DNA from: Ruditapes philippinarum
Taxonomy: Eukaryota
DNA: 64,000 nt
NCBI RefSeq assembly: GCF_026571515.1
Contig: NW_026862606.1
Location: forward strand, 124,001-188,000
Direction: 5' to 3'
Shown here in pieces: positions 26,330 through 40,189 of the stretch (position 1 is the stretch's first letter; each line of letters starts with the position of its first letter). Both the position numbers and the translations under genes were made by a program. The notes under the pieces were generated by a model, which worked only from the letters and a program-made list of their open reading frames with translations, searched no databases and was not told the origin of the DNA.

Positions 26330-29067
26330 AGGGCCCGTCTAGTGGCCCAGTAGTGGACCAGAATGAGCTCAAATCAGTAAGTGACATTATTTGTGAAACG
26401 AATTCTGTTTTGTTTGATACATCTTCAGTTTTTTTATAGAGAATGATATAGATAAATCTGCCATGGCACAGAATATGATCTCTCTAAGTACTGAGACGAC
26501 AATAGTATCAAATAGTGACATAATGGCGTTCCTAATAAACTTGGAAACTAAAATTGTTAGTGTTGAGACGCGCCTTAATAAGCTTGATTTGTTAGAGCAC
26601 AAAGTTACTCAATTTGATAAAGACATTAAAACTTTGTTCACACAAACTTACGATCATAAGAAAGCTACAACTGATAGTTTACACGGATTAGACGATCGTG
26701 TGGAAAGGGTAGAATTTATCAGTGCTCAGTATCAATCGCGCATTGAATCTTTAGAGAAAGAGAATGATGATCTGAAGGACCAAGTAACCTACTTGAAATC
26801 TCAATCAATGCGCAATAATCTCATTTTCGGAGGATTCAAGGAAGAGGAAAATAAAAATCTTGATGACTTTATGCGCAAATTCTTTGTGGATAAGTTAAAA
26901 GTGGCACAGAGCATTGTTGCTTCTATGTAAAAAGAGCGAGTACATAGATTAGGCCAAGTTCAGGGTAAACCAACGGAGCCTCACAAAGTTGTCTGCAGAT
27001 TCGCTTATTTCTCAGACCGTGAAATAGTTAGACGACAAAATAAACTTTTAGATCACACAGATTGTTTTTGCACGAGCAATTACCTCCTGAATTGTCGCTA
27101 GACACTGTAAACTGTTACCGAAGTTGAAAGCTGCTATAAAGGATAAGAAGAAAGCCTGGTTTGTTTACGACACCCTAGCTTAACATAGACGGAGCCCCAG
27201 TTAAGTACGAATAGGATTTATTGGAGGATGAATTAACGTAGTATTCTAGTATGGAATTTAAATAGTTTATCTGACACAAAACGTTCTGATAAAGATTTTC
27301 TTTCCATTTTAACTGATAATGATATTATTGTTAAAAGTGAAACATGGACCGATAAAAAATCAAATGTGTCTATAGAAGGCTATCATTGCTATAATTTATA
27401 TCGAAAGTTCAAACATAACAGGGCAAAATGTGATAGTGGTGGAACACAAAGAAATCTTTCGGCGCGGCCTTATAGCCAAATTACCCGATTTCAATAGTCT
27501 TATTATAAGTGTGGATTGTAGTGATTTTAATAGAATAGATTACACAGTGGATATGTTTACAAACATCATTTCGGAAGTTGCGTCGCCTCTGTCCAAACGT
27601 GAATATAAAAATAATGTACCCTCCCAAGCAAATCTAAATATATGGTATGATAAGGAATGTGTAGACCATAAAATATTTTATAAACGCGCGTTTCACAATT
27701 ATAACAGTAACCAGTCCGAAATAAATAGAATTGAACTTTGCAAACAGCGCAAAACGTATAAATATAGTGCACAAGAAAAAACGCGCTTACAAATTGAAAG
27801 AAGGTAGGAAGCTTTCGGAGTTAAGAAAAAGTAAACCGCGTGAGTTTTGGAAATATTTTAAATGTAATACAGTAATCAGTCATGTCAAAATGATATAACA
27901 GTCGAGCATTTTAAAAATTATTTTTCAGATTTGTTAAATAATATTCCTACAACTGTTATAAATGAGGTTGAAATTTTAAACGATAATAATGATTTAAATA
28001 AAGGGTCACAGCACTGTAGAGGCTATATTTGCATTACATAACCTCATAGAACATGTTCAATTATTTCACAAGGGTCACGTTTGCCATGTGCATTTGTAGA
28101 TCTGCAAAAGGCCTTTGACTCCGTTTATCGACAGGCACTGTGGTTTAAATTGTAACATCTTGGGTTGGATGAAAACTTTTAAAAATGTTTAGGTCTATGT
28201 GTAATATAGTTAAGTCTTGTGTTAATCATTCTGATTCCTATTCTGACTTTTTCAATATTTCTATTGGATTGAGGCAAGGCCTAAATAATTCGCCAGTCAT
28301 GTTTGCCCTTTTTCTTGAAGACTTGGAACTTTTCCTGCAAGGATCTATTAAATCAGGTTTATCTATTTATGATATTTGCCTTATCACACTGCTATTCGCC
28401 GATGATATAGCAATTATTGGACATTCTGTTGAAGATTTGCAGGCCAATTTAGACAAATTATACGAGTACTGCCAGTACTGGGGCCTACAAGTTAACACAT
28501 CTAAGAGAGATAAATACAGAATCCCTAAAGAAAGCCCAACACGGCAAAATTGAAAATGTTGCAGGCTCGGTTTGATTGAGCCTGTTCATGGACGGTACTG
28601 GAAAGTGCAAGTTACCGTCCACGCCCCCTAGCACCGGCTTAAGCAGAATTCAACATTTAAACGTGAAATAGTAAAATTTTGAATTTAGAAACATCCGCAG
28701 ATGTGTTCATACGGCGGTTAAGACTAAGATAGTGGTGTTTCGTCGTAGTAAAATTTTGAATTTAGAAACATCCGCAGATGTGTTCATACGGCGGTTAAGA
28801 CTAAGATAGTGGTGTTTCGTCGTAGGGGTGGGCTAAAATGTAATGAGCGCTAGCATTTCAATAATGTGCCTCTTGAAATAGTTAATGACTTCAACTACAT
28901 AGGGGTGGTGTTTAATTATACCGGCTCATTCGTATTAAATAACCAGTACATAGTCGGAAAGGCCTTAAAGCCTCAAATATACTGCTAAATAATATAAAAC
29001 AATATGAACTTAGCCCTGCGCTTCAGTTGTTTGATGCTTTTGTGGGATATATTTTAAACTATGCATG
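26330..29067 (+). mobile_element. RTE-X-like LINE, left part (ORF1 and degenerate ORF2)
   Basis: ORF1 from 26463 has a coiled coil, SMRNNLIFGG (L1-type RRM) and a C-terminal ..IDG.. motif. ORF2 remnants: WN..L, ETW, DLQKAFD, RQGLNNSP, FADD. Cut at NYA|C by the Ginger element. Confidence 0.9.
28506..28795 (+). repeat. ~210-bp fragment of the 630-bp tandem unit inserted in the LINE RT, plus a 77-bp tandem duplication across the junction
   Basis: Nearly identical to 62770-62980. Interrupts VNTSK|TKIVVF and is flanked by TAAGA on both sides. Confidence 0.85.
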
Positions 29068-29801
29068 TGTAACGTTGTAAAGTGACCCCCATAGAATAAT
29101 GACCCCCCGGTCATTATTTAATATAAAATAATGACCCCTTTCTATAAAATACTGACTCCCCTTATAAAATAATGACCCCCCCCCCCGATTTTATCTGTAA
29201 AATATTGACCCCCACTTACCCTGTTACTAACATATCCATATCAATTCAAGTCACTGTCGTGTTTCTATGGATTTTATATTTGTTGTTGTTGTTGTTTTTT
29301 TTCTTCTGATGCCGCTGCATGTTACTGCTGCTGAAGCTGCTGTGTCTACATCTATTGAAATGAAATATAAAATTGCTTCCATTTGAATTTCATTTAAATT
29401 ATCATCATTGTAATACAATATTCATAAGTCGCTTTAACGTAGTTGTATATGATTCAACTTCAAAGACAATTAACATTGTTCTACTTCATCTGACGTTAGA
29501 TAGCCTTTGTTCATACCGTGATGGCATTGCTTAAAACGAATGTGTTAAAAATGCAAGGCTTTGAGGAGCTATTTAAGCAGTCACTGTTCGTGCCATGACT
29601 TACATCAAAGTCCAAGATATCACTGAGCGGTGTTCTTTATGTTTTATGCAAACTGCATCATTTCTAAAAATAGTTCATTTTGTTTACCTCAGAAAAGCCG
29701 CTAACATCAAAGAAAACGACAGCGACCACCGAAAAGCATTCTACGTAACGCCGTGTATATATAAAGTCTGTGCGTAAGGCAGTCAGTCCAACCTGACAGC
29801 T

Positions 29802-30064
29802 ATGGACAAGAACGAGTTACACAGATTGTTCTAGAGTTATGTAAAAAATGAATATCCCGCTTTTCTGTAAAAGAACAAGAAAAGAAAGAGAATTTCGCTT
29901 AGAAAGTGCTAGTTAAACCATTATTTTTGAGTCGGGTTGTAATAAGAAACCAGGCTCATTCAAAAACGTCTGCAAGTTGTTAAGAAAGGGAAGACAGATG
30001 AAATCATTCAGAGCATGCATGCATCAGATCACGGAGGACATTTAAAATTGGGAGTTTTAAAAAC
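29802..30064 (+). pseudogene. Ginger transposase exon 1 (degenerate)
   Basis: TATA at ~29756, then ATG. Reads MDKNELHRLF*SYVKNEYP... and IIQSMHASDHGGH (HH half of the zinc finger), ending GVLK-AC|gtaagt. Contains stops and frameshifts. Confidence 0.75.
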
Positions 30065-30939
30065 GTAAGTTTGATACAATGATTTCAATATCATGACCAA
30101 AAAGGAACTTGTGATTCCTGTGAGCCTGTGTTAGATATGACATTTAAGATTATTTAAATTAGTACGAAAGCCGAATAACAAAAGCGTAAAAACATGACTG
30201 AACTCGTAATAACGAGGTAAATATCTCATAAAAACGACTTAGTATATCGTTATAACGAGACAACTATCTTGTTATTAGAATTGTACGGATTATGACGGAC
30301 ACGGACAATGAGAGCGAACAACCGACAGGCAGGGGATATACTCTCAAAGTTATTTCATGCTTTAAAACAGTCATGTATGTATAAATAAGGCGTATCAGAT
30401 GAGTCGTTTAACAAACTAACATTAAGCTCTAGATCTTTGTATCAGTTATGATTAATTTTCGATTATAATAACTGTAAATATATTGTGAGAACAAACCGAA
30501 CGCAATATTTTGGTTTTCGCTGACAAAACCATTATACTGAAAAAGGTAAAGAATATATAACGGTACTTTATTTAAAGTTGATAATATAGGTGAACAGGTC
30601 TTTGGATCATTCCATTATTAGATAAAACTGAAATAAAGTGTTTTGTCTATATATTGTCCGCTTTTTATGCCAATAGTTAATGATACTGGTTTATTTTGAT
30701 ATGCAGTGTGCAATATTTAAGTATAGTCCGTTTAAAAAAGCTGATTGTGAGATACGAGTTTATTAACAATAAATAGGGGTGTAATGATCGGATGACTCCG
30801 GGTAAATGTTATTGTTTTGATAAATATTTTATTTACTTGATGCATTAGCATATTCACTGACCTACGGTCAGCATTAATTTAATTGTCCTCTAAAATGCTC
30901 TGTATTAAATGAAATTACAGATATTAATTTCTCATATAG

Positions 30940-31305
30940 AGTCGCTGGCCAAGTGGTATCGTTCAGAATTATGACGATAGCGGTTGTGGGTTCGAACCTC
31001 AAGTGAGGAAGTTCTATTTCATTTTTGGAAAGAATTACACAGTTTGTATTTAGTAATGTTATGTAAGAATCTAAATCACGAGAACCTCACTTATCTCGAT
31101 TTTGCATGTATAATTCAAATAAGGTCCGAGTACACATAATATTAATAAGTAGACAGTATCCTCCAAGTAAACTATAAGAATGCCAGGAAAGTATTTGAAT
31201 TCCGCCGAAAAGGAAAAGGTTGTAGCTGTGCACTTATGAGGATCGAACCCATGAACATAACATGTATAGTGTTCCGCAGTCCTTCCATATATCACTACGC
31301 CACAG
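30940..31305. mobile_element. Two degenerate, convergent tRNA-like (SINE-head) sequences
   Basis: TGGCCAAGTGG...GGTTCGAACC on the plus strand and TGGCGTAGTGA...GGTTCGATCC on the minus strand. Confidence 0.4.
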
Positions 31306-32642
31306 TCATTGAAAGCTGCTTATGTAAACTCAAAACTAATTCAAATAATTCTATCGTCATTTAGAACATTTAGAACAACATGTATTGGATTTCAACTCAA
31401 CCATGAAATTTATGGTAATGCATGAAGTTAATAAAATTGCCCAATACCTAAAAATGGACTCGCTGTTTATAATCGTTCTCATTTGAATTTTAACGGACTG
31501 TATTTGCATAAAAAGAACATAAAGAAAAATAATTTATTTTGTCTATTGACCAATCAAGGCAATATTATATAGTTTGGTGGCTGTTTTATTGTTCCTACTT
31601 AGTTCCTCTATTTTTCGCCATCCAATTAGCGTCAAATTTAATAGACAAACCTATGTAAATGAAGCTTAAAAAAACTTCAAACAATATAATTACTAATTTA
31701 TGCATTTATGTTAATGTAGTTGCACAAACTAAATTCAAATATATTTATTTCCAAAATATCAATTGTTTATTTAGATATCATAATCATTTCTTGCAAATTC
31801 AAATAGACCTTAAATGACACAGAATGAAATATATTTTGTAACTAAATCCTTATATATTAAGAAGGAATTTACCTTTCTGAGTTGATCCAAATTTTGATCC
31901 TGATCCTAAAATTTATCCATATTTTTAGCCAACTGCTTTTGTATTCTATGCTATTACTAAAAATTTTATTCAGAGAAAGCAAAAGGATATGTATAAAATA
32001 GTGTATTTTACCATTTTTTATTGCATATAAAATGTGCTTTACTCAATTTCTTTAATTTTGAATTAAGGAAACAATTATGGAAACTAAATCGGGATCAGTT
32101 GATTCAGATTCTGAAATTTTCTAAGTAAACACGGGGTCAGATATAGGTAAACCAGATCTTTGGCAACACTTACAGTTTATAAAAAGGAGGTGACCCGAAA
32201 AAATCTTGCTAAAACTAAAACAAAATCTTTCCATCAAGTGTTTACATATTGCGATACTGTATCGATATAGGCTTCAAGTATCGTGATAGTATTTTGATGC
32301 ATTTCCCTGGGCGATACCCAACTCTAGTGTAGATGGTTTTTTGAAATAGTAAAAATGACTCTACTAAACTCCTGGTATTCAAGAAGTATCTTTCATATGT
32401 ACCAGGTTCGAAAAGAAAATCATGCGGCAACTCGGCATGACCTCGTTAACAGTTCCCAACGTGCTGTATTTGTCAATCCCTAACTGTGACATGAGAAAGG
32501 TAGACAGATACTTCGAATCTGCACGCTTTTACGTACCGCTACGAACTTTAAACCATGGACTGAGGATATCTAAATATGTCCTGAACTGTTTTTCTTGTCT
32601 CAGGTGCATCCATGGCCAGCTTCATTTTTAGTAATGATACTA

Positions 32643-34630
32643 CAGTGAAACTTGTTATAGGTGACTTTCCGTGAGACCTTATCAAAAAGGTCACGTTTGA
32701 CTGGGAGTCTTTTAATTCTGGTCCACTTCAAGTGTTTCAATTTATTATTTGTTCTTGTAAATCCTGATGCCTGTCTTTTTCTTGGATTATGGTATTTAAA
32801 TTGATAATTTTAAGATATTCCCTATTTAGAATATGTATACATATTTGCATTATTATTTCTCTAATTCCTTTTACTTGTTTTGCTAACCATTTTGTCTGCC
32901 GTGATATCATATTACTGCACATCGGTTGATTTTTCAAATCCCGCGTTTATTCATCGGGTAATGGATAGGTTTATATGAGATTATATTTCCATCATATTTT
33001 ATTATTGTTTGGTAATACTAATAGGATCAGGGATTTTGAAATTTCGAAATTTTAATTAGGTTGGTAGCTCTTATTCGATTTTCTCAAAAGAAAAATTGTT
33101 CGTACGGATTACATAAAATGCACTCGTGCATCCACAGATCGTCCAATTTTGGACATATTAGAAGTTATGGTTAAATTGACTTAACTCATATAATAAAAGA
33201 GAAAAATAAACATTTTTTGCCATAGCACACAGTAAAGTCAACACGCTGGTAGGAAATCCAAGATCCGAAGCGCTAAAACATGTTAATGACTGAAAAATGC
33301 ATGAAAATCGTTTAATTAAGCCATATTATCATCACGGGGTGCAAACATTACGGTCGCTGGTGGCGTCAGACAGGGAGTCTTTTAATTGAGTTAGTGATTT
33401 TTGTGGTATTTTTAGTTTCAACTTTTTGGCACTTTCTAGTTGGGTGGTTCCAATATTCCTACTTGAATAATGTTGAACCACCCTTAGGATATGTTGCCTG
33501 CTTTTTAAATTTGTCTTTTGACGTCCTATCTGTGGTACGCAGGGTTCATAACCTCAGATCCCCTTTCAAAATTCCATTTTATTTAGTTCCGCCCATTGTT
33601 TTCTCGTTTAGGGCACACGCATTTTTTTACTTGGGGACCATATGCCGCTTTTCATGGAATGGCACTACCGTGTCACATTGAAGGTTCCATGATAACCGCC
33701 ATATGAACACATCTGCGGATGTTTCAAAATTCTAATTTTACCAGTTCATGTTAAATGTTGAATTCTGCTTAAGCCGGTGCTAGGGGGCGTGGACGGTAAC
33801 TTGCACTTTCCAGTACCGTCCATGAACAGGCTCAATCAAACCGAGCCTGCAACATTTTCAATTTTGCCGTGTTGGGCTTTCTTTAGAGATTCTGTATTTA
33901 TCTATTTTATGATCACGTCCGTGTTATTTGTGCCGTGTGGCGGCTGAAAAAAGTCTCCCCGTACATTTAATCAATGATGTTATATTTTCGATCCTTCAAG
34001 ATCGTTCAGCACGACATTATTGTTGTGCTTGTGGTATTTTTAGTTTCAACTTTTTGGCACTTTCTAGTTGGGTGGTTCCAATATTCCTACTTGAATAATG
34101 TTGAATCACCCTTAGGATATGTTGCCTGCTTTTTAAATTTGTCTTTTGACGTCCTATCTGTGATACGGAGGCTTCATAACCTCAGATCCCCTTTCAAAAT
34201 TCCATTTTATTTAGTTCCGCCCATTGTTTTCTCGTTTAGGGCACACGCATTTTTTTACTTGGGGACTATATGCCGCTTTTCATGGAATGGCACTACCGTG
34301 TCACATTGAAGGTTCCATGATAACCGCCATATGAACACATCTGCGGATGTTTCAAAATTCTAATTTTACCAGTTCATGTTAATTGTTGAATTCTGCTTAA
34401 GCCGGTGCTAGGGGGCGTGGACGGTAACTTGCACTTTCCAGTACCGTCCATGAACAGGCTCAATCAAACCGAGCCTGCAACATTTTCAATTTTGCCGTGT
34501 TGGGCTTTCTTTAGGGATTCTGTATTTATCTACTTTATATAGATCTTTTTTTACGTCAGGCGGTCGTAAACAGGGTCGTATACGGCAGGAAGTGGTCTAA
34601 ATCAGTGAGTCGCTAAGGCAAGGTTGACTG
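32643..34630. mobile_element. Old Tc1/mariner-type MITE in Ginger intron 1
   Basis: TA|CAGTGAAACTTG ... CAAGGTTGACTG|TA, imperfect TIRs with a TA TSD. Confidence 0.6.
33390..34535 (-). repeat. ~1.8 head-to-tail copies of the ~630-bp unit (reverse of 62765-64000)
   Basis: Duplicated blocks 33400-33900 and 34030-34530, reverse-complement homologous to the array at the window end. Confidence 0.95.
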
Positions 34631-34678
34631 TATTTTGGTAACTTATCTGGACTAATAGTTATGATTGCTTTGTTTCAG

Positions 34679-34860
34679 ATGGGAAAAGATTTCGACTAGG
34701 TTTTACTGGAAAGGATTTTTCGAAGATGTACACATGTTTATACAGAACTGCGACAACTGTCAAAGAAAGGTGAACCTGAAGAAAGCAAAGAAGCCACTGC
34801 GACCTATTAAAGTTCCCACCGAGGCTTTCAAGCAAGTGGGCATAGAAACCTCTTATCAGG
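34679..34860 (+). pseudogene. Ginger transposase exon 2
   Basis: tttcag|A completes a Thr codon, then WEKISTRFYWKG...CDNCQR...PLRPIKVPTEAFKQVGIETSYQG|gt. Supplies the CC half of H2C2. Confidence 0.85.
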
Positions 34861-34942
34861 GTTTAGTTTTGTCTATCGGTTTGTTGGGCTGCTTTGGTAG
34901 ACCCTGGTGAATTTGACTTGTAGACAATATATGTTGGGGCAT

Positions 34943-36324
34943 TGTGGTGCCGCATAGCGGTGTTGCTGCATAAAGATGGTCAAAAATTGCGGCGATTTTC
35001 AACGCATAAAGAGGGCATGTTTAGGCGGCAGAAAGGCGTCCTTTCGCCGCATAAAGAAACCCATTAAAGCATAAATGATAATTACTAGTTACTTCTTTGA
35101 AGGTTCAACCAGACCAGGATCTAGTTTTATGTACTCACTCTCTCTTCCTCTGAAAAAGTCTTAAGTTCCGAAGGTCATTCCATCTTAAGTGGGGGCATGT
35201 TGTTTTATTCACTATACATTATATAGGGAAAAAAATTGTGAACGCAACTTCTCCTACACCGCTTGGTGGATTTCGTTCAAACTTTCACAGATGATCAACC
35301 TTAATGTGTAGATGATCGTAAAGACAGGAATTTTGGCTGTGATTGGTTTTAGCAAAATTATGGCCTTTTGATGTTTTATTCACTATACATTATATATGGA
35401 AAAAAAATTGTGAACGCAACTCCTCCTACACCGCTTGGGGGATTTTGTTCAAACTTTCACAGATGATCAACCTTAATATGTTGATGATCGTAAAGACAGG
35501 AATTTTTGCTGCGTTTAGTCTTAGCAGAATTATGGCCCTTTGTTGTTTTATTCACTATACATTATATAAGGAAATATTTGTGAAGTAATAATTTTGGTAT
35601 TAATATACTTATTAATTTCATATTTGAACACAACAAAGCTTTGAACTGGACCTTCAAAAAATTAATATGAAGATAACCTTGGCCTCTGAATGACCTTGAC
35701 CTTCAAATTTAAAGCCTCATAAGGCCTTTGTGTTTGGAGTGGCTGCCACTATTTTTGTGACTAAAGTATACTAAATAAATTATATATTTTTCAAGTTAAA
35801 TTATATCAGAAATAACTGTTTTCTTAAAGCTTTTTAACAAATTTGTACATCAAATAAGCATTATAAGGAAAACAAAATATTTTATTACCTCCCTTAATTC
35901 TTTTTACTATACGTTTACATGAAGGATAATTAAAAGTGAGTGTTTCTTTACGTTTTATTGTTGACATTCCCTATTTAGACAAATGTTAAACCCATTTTTA
36001 ACATAAAAATAAAAGCCTTATGGGACTTTAAAGTTTGAAATTTCCAAAAAGTGACTAAAACTTTGCTATTTATTTATTAGTTTTCTTCATAATTGAGCAC
36101 AACAACCTTTTTAAGACAAACGTGACATGCGCTTAAGGTCAAATGATTTGACATGTTACTAAGCATCATGTGGGGGGGGGCACCAGTGTCCTATTGACAC
36201 ATATCTAGTTGTTTAATGCGTGGCATGTCGCCGCATGAAGGTAGTCACCCTCTATATGCGTTGAAATCACCGCATAAACGAGTCCGACCACCTTTATGCG
36301 GCAACACCGCTATGCGGCACCACA
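34943..36324. mobile_element. Non-autonomous DNA transposon with a 6-bp TSD, superfamily unassigned
   Basis: ~33-bp TIR TGTGGTGCCGCATAGCGGTGTTGCYGCATAAAG and an exact GGGCAT duplication on both sides. Confidence 0.85.
35190..36210 (-). mobile_element. Helentron/HINE-like element fragment with ~170-bp tandem units
   Basis: About 2.3 tandem units (TTCACTATACATTATAT...CAAACTTTCACAGATGATC), TGACCTTGACC motifs, and the end GGGCACCAGTGTC...CTAGTT. Confidence 0.65.
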
Positions 36325-37190
36325 GGGCATAATAATGTTATGACCCCCGTAATAATACTATGACTGGGGGTCATAATACTATGATCAGGGGTTATAATAC
36401 TATGACCGGGGGGTCATTTAATACTGTGACCGGGTCATTATATTACGAACTCCTCCCACATAGGAAAATGCAGCTCACACCAAAACCACTTATGAGGGTT
36501 TATTTTCTGTGTGAGCAGAGTTGATATTGTTTGGTGCCCGGTCATTAAACTTGTGGACTGGGGTCATAATTTTACAACTCCCCTACACATAGTACCAACG
36601 GTTGCACTGCTCATTTTTAGTCATAATTATGCATAAAAGTAATGATGCGACTCATAAATCTATAAGGATCAGTTTGCTAAGTTGCAATATACTTATATTG
36701 ATAAAATCACCATGTCCAGTCTTCACGTGGTTTGAGGGTGAAGTTAATGCTAAATGATAGTGGAAAACAACCTACTTGGTATTTCACCTCTGTACCACCG
36801 TACTCATTTGAAACGTTGTAATACATTGTAATCACTTTTACTTGAGATTTTTAGCGGTAGAAACGTATCGGTAATGCACCTGTTGAGTGGTGGTAAACTG
36901 AAATAGATTTTACGATTAGTTACATGCAAAGCGACCGCCCAAGTGAAACCGGGCCATGTGCGAAAGCAACTGCATTTCATTTTAAGCACTGTAAATATAT
37001 GACGTATTTTTACGGGAAAACCATAGTTTATTAAATTAAATTTTGATAGTTCTGTATTTTTACGGGAAAACCATAGTTTATTAAATTAAATTTTGATAGT
37101 TCTGTAACTTAAACGCCGTCGACGGTTGCCAGCTGATATGTCAATGTACCAGCTTTTTATGACCTGTCAGTCGTCGAATATGATCAGGTT

Positions 37191-37600
37191 TATTAGTCCC
37201 CTACCGGTGTAACCGGAGAGGACTATAGGAATACCCTCCGTCAGTCTGTCTGTCCGTCTGTCCGCCTGTCCGTCCGTCCGAAAATCTGGATCCCGCGATA
37301 TCTCCAAAATACTTAGAATTTTTTCATGAAACTTGGAATAGTGATAAAGGGCAATATGGCGATTATGCACGTCTTTTTATTTATTTTGTTTTCGAATTTG
37401 CGTTTGTCTGTCTGTCTGCTTTAACATTCAACACATCTTGAACCTAACTGGATCCCACTATATCTCCAAAAGTACATTGAATTTTTTTTTTTATGGAACT
37501 CTCCTACCGGTGTAACCGAGATAGGATTGCCCTCCGTCCGTCTGTCCCGTCTGTCCGTCCGTCCAAGTTTTGTTTCCGGGCTATTTATTGAAGACTATTG
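37191..37600 (-). mobile_element. Helentron/HINE-like fragments related to 2483-3600
   Basis: TTATTAGTCCCCTACCGG...GGACTA hairpin, (GTCC/GTCT)n microsatellite and a partial core unit. Confidence 0.7.
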
Positions 37601-37775
37601 GCCAGCTTTCAATTAATTTTTTTAAGAGTTATAGCATTTGACTAGCAATTTGCAATTTTCAAGAGAAATGAATGGGGGAACTTTTTCTTAAAGTAGTTAG
37701 TATAGAACATATCAACTGTAAACTTGAGAAAGATATTACTAAGAAACAGAGTAGTGCTTTTTTATTTTCCTTCCA

Positions 37776-38130
37776 TTTTTGTCGAGCCCACCTTCGGTGA
37801 ACTCGACCCTTAGTCGCCAGTTTTTGATGTTCGCTATATGTGCGTGCATGTGTCCGTCCTGATTTTTACGAACCATAACTCCAATTTGAATGAAAATGGA
37901 GGAATTTCTGTAAAAACTTCGCACAAGTGATCACCTCCACGAGTTCTAGTTCTGCGCGCATGAACTGGGTTTATGAGTCAAAGATAAAGGTCTTCTTAGA
38001 GATCACTGATAAATGCTTGTGCAGGGCATATCTGGTAACTGCATGAAGAGATTTTTTTTACTATAACTTCACACAAATGTTAACTACCATGAGATCTAGT
38101 GTCGCACGCATCAACCAGGTCTCTAGTTTT
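37776..38130 (-). mobile_element. Helentron/HINE-like fragment
   Basis: TTTTTGTCGAG...CTCGAC terminal hairpin like the 46450-46485 end, followed by degenerate core repeats. Confidence 0.55.
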
Positions 38131-38347
38131 CTAGAGGTTATCCTATATGCATGAGGGAATTTTTATGCAACAACATATTAAAACTGTGATGCTGGCCCGT
38201 TGACATGCAGAATGAAATTCTAGTTTCTATGCAAATTCAAACTTGAAAAGAAACATCTATCGGCTTGGGATGTACTAGAATTGTCTTTGACAATGCATCG
38301 TTGATTAAAATAAGTTTTGTAAAATGCTTTACATTTAAACATTTCAG

Positions 38348-40189
38348 GAAACAAGTTCATCGTCGTTATAACAGAATATTTGACTAAATGGGTAGAGGCA
38401 GAAGGGATTCCAGACAAGTCATCTGAAACTATACTATCAGTATTCACGAAGTTTGTCACGACACATGGTTGCTCCAGTGTATTAATAACGGATCAGGTGA
38501 GAGAATTCTGCAACGACTTGAATGAAAAGTTTTGCAATCAGTTTGGGATAGAATATAGAATTGCATCAGCATATCACCCACAAACAGGAGGACATACTGA
38601 AAGATTTAACAGGACTTTGTGCGATATGCTTGTGCACAGTGTAGATTTGTCGCAGAAAAATTGGGACATTAAGTTACCATACGTACTGTTTGCCTATAGA
38701 ACGTCTAAACATGAGTCAACGAAACAAACACCATTCTATCTTGTGTTTGGAGGGCACGCACGCTTACCAATAGAACTAGACTTAGCAATGCAATCGGATG
38801 ATAACCAAGACTCTGAATTGTCACTAAAGGAAAGAAAAGACTCGTTCATTTAACTGTCGTGCAACAGAAAAAAAGCATCGTCCAATATTAAAACGGCACA
38901 ATCGAAGCAGAAGAAATATTACGATTCTTCACTACCTAAAGACGATACAGCAGGTTTTGAAGTCGGCGACCAAGTACTTCTTCATAACACCAGAAAATTG
39001 ACGAGAAAAGGAGGGAAATTGGGTCTTAAATGGAAAGGACCATTCAAAATAACAAAAGTAACTGGAAAAGGCACTTATTTCCAAGAAGGAAAGAAAACAA
39101 GTGTACGTGGGAACAGACTGAATCGCTATAGGCGGAGTAATGACCATGCTGCTACATATAACACAGAAAAGCGACCAACTGAAGGTCCAAAAGATGACCA
39201 CAGTCTAATAAACAAAGAAACAGGAACTCAAGCAAACGAGAAAGCGTTTGAAAGACCTGCAAAAAGAAACAATAAATCTGACGACTGCAATCTTCCTCCA
39301 AAAAAGAGAAGAGTATCGAAAGAAGATGTTGCAACACAAGCTACCAATTCTACAGAATCTACTAATCAAGAACCCTTACCATTTCAATTCAGACCATCTT
39401 ATCATGAATGGCAGGAACAAATCTCGAGTGTATTTAAGTCGGCAGTCAAAAAACACGTATGCATCCGGTCCAGACAAATATATACGACGAGATGCCAAAC
39501 CAACTTAAACTGTAAACATGCGTGGGGATTGCAATTGTTTGTTTAGAACATTCAGTTATTTAGTTTTTGGCGTACAAACACATCATAGCTTGATAATGCA
39601 AGCGATTGTTGACTTCATGAAAGAAAACGAAACTCTAATGAAAGGCATTACACGTGATTCGGTTTCCAGATATCTAGACACATCAATGATGGCCTCCGAA
39701 AACACTTGGGGAACAGAAATGGAGATATTTGCTTTTGCAACTCTCACCAGAAGCGTTGTGTATGTTTATTCACAGTATGGCAGTAAGGAACAGTGGCGTT
39801 GGTTAGAATACAAACCGTTGGGCCTCATTGGTGGTAATTTAAGGGGTCTAGCAGTGTACATTCAGAATACCAGCGACCATTTTGTCCCGGTGCTAGAGGT
39901 AGATGGCGAAGAGTTCTCAAGAAAGCCATACAAACGAATTCGGAACCACATTCCAGAAAGATACCTCGCCCTTATAAGTGATGACCTATTAGATGCTGCG
40001 TTAGTGAATTGTTACGCAGACGAAGCCTTGCTATTAAAACTTGACAAAAGTGTAAAGACTGTATATGTGAAGGCTTTTACTAACACGCTTTACAATGTAG
40101 AAGGGCTGCGTGGGTTATCTGACGAGGTGGATGCAAATATTTTCAATACAGCATGTGACTGGAGCGATGTCGAAAACAAACCTAATTGA
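38348..40189 (+). pseudogene. Ginger transposase exon 3: integrase core, GPY/F motif, OTU-like protease domain
   Basis: tttcag|GA AAC AAG gives GNKFIVVITEYLTKWVEA..., then ITDQVREF, AYHPQTGGHTERFN, WKGPFKI and GDCNCLFR...WG...HF. Stop at 38851 plus frameshifts; AATAAA near 40208. Confidence 0.92.

Noticed and set aside
33394-34309. Hydrophobic repeated ORFs, also at 63116-63956
   Set aside because: They are by-products of the AT-rich 630-bp unit. Lengths differ between copies and no domain is recognisable.
38380-38853. Integrase read as the pol of the neighbouring LTR element
   Set aside because: It is on the opposite strand, outside the LTR element's TSDs, spliced, has no RT/RNase H, and lies within Ginger TIRs.
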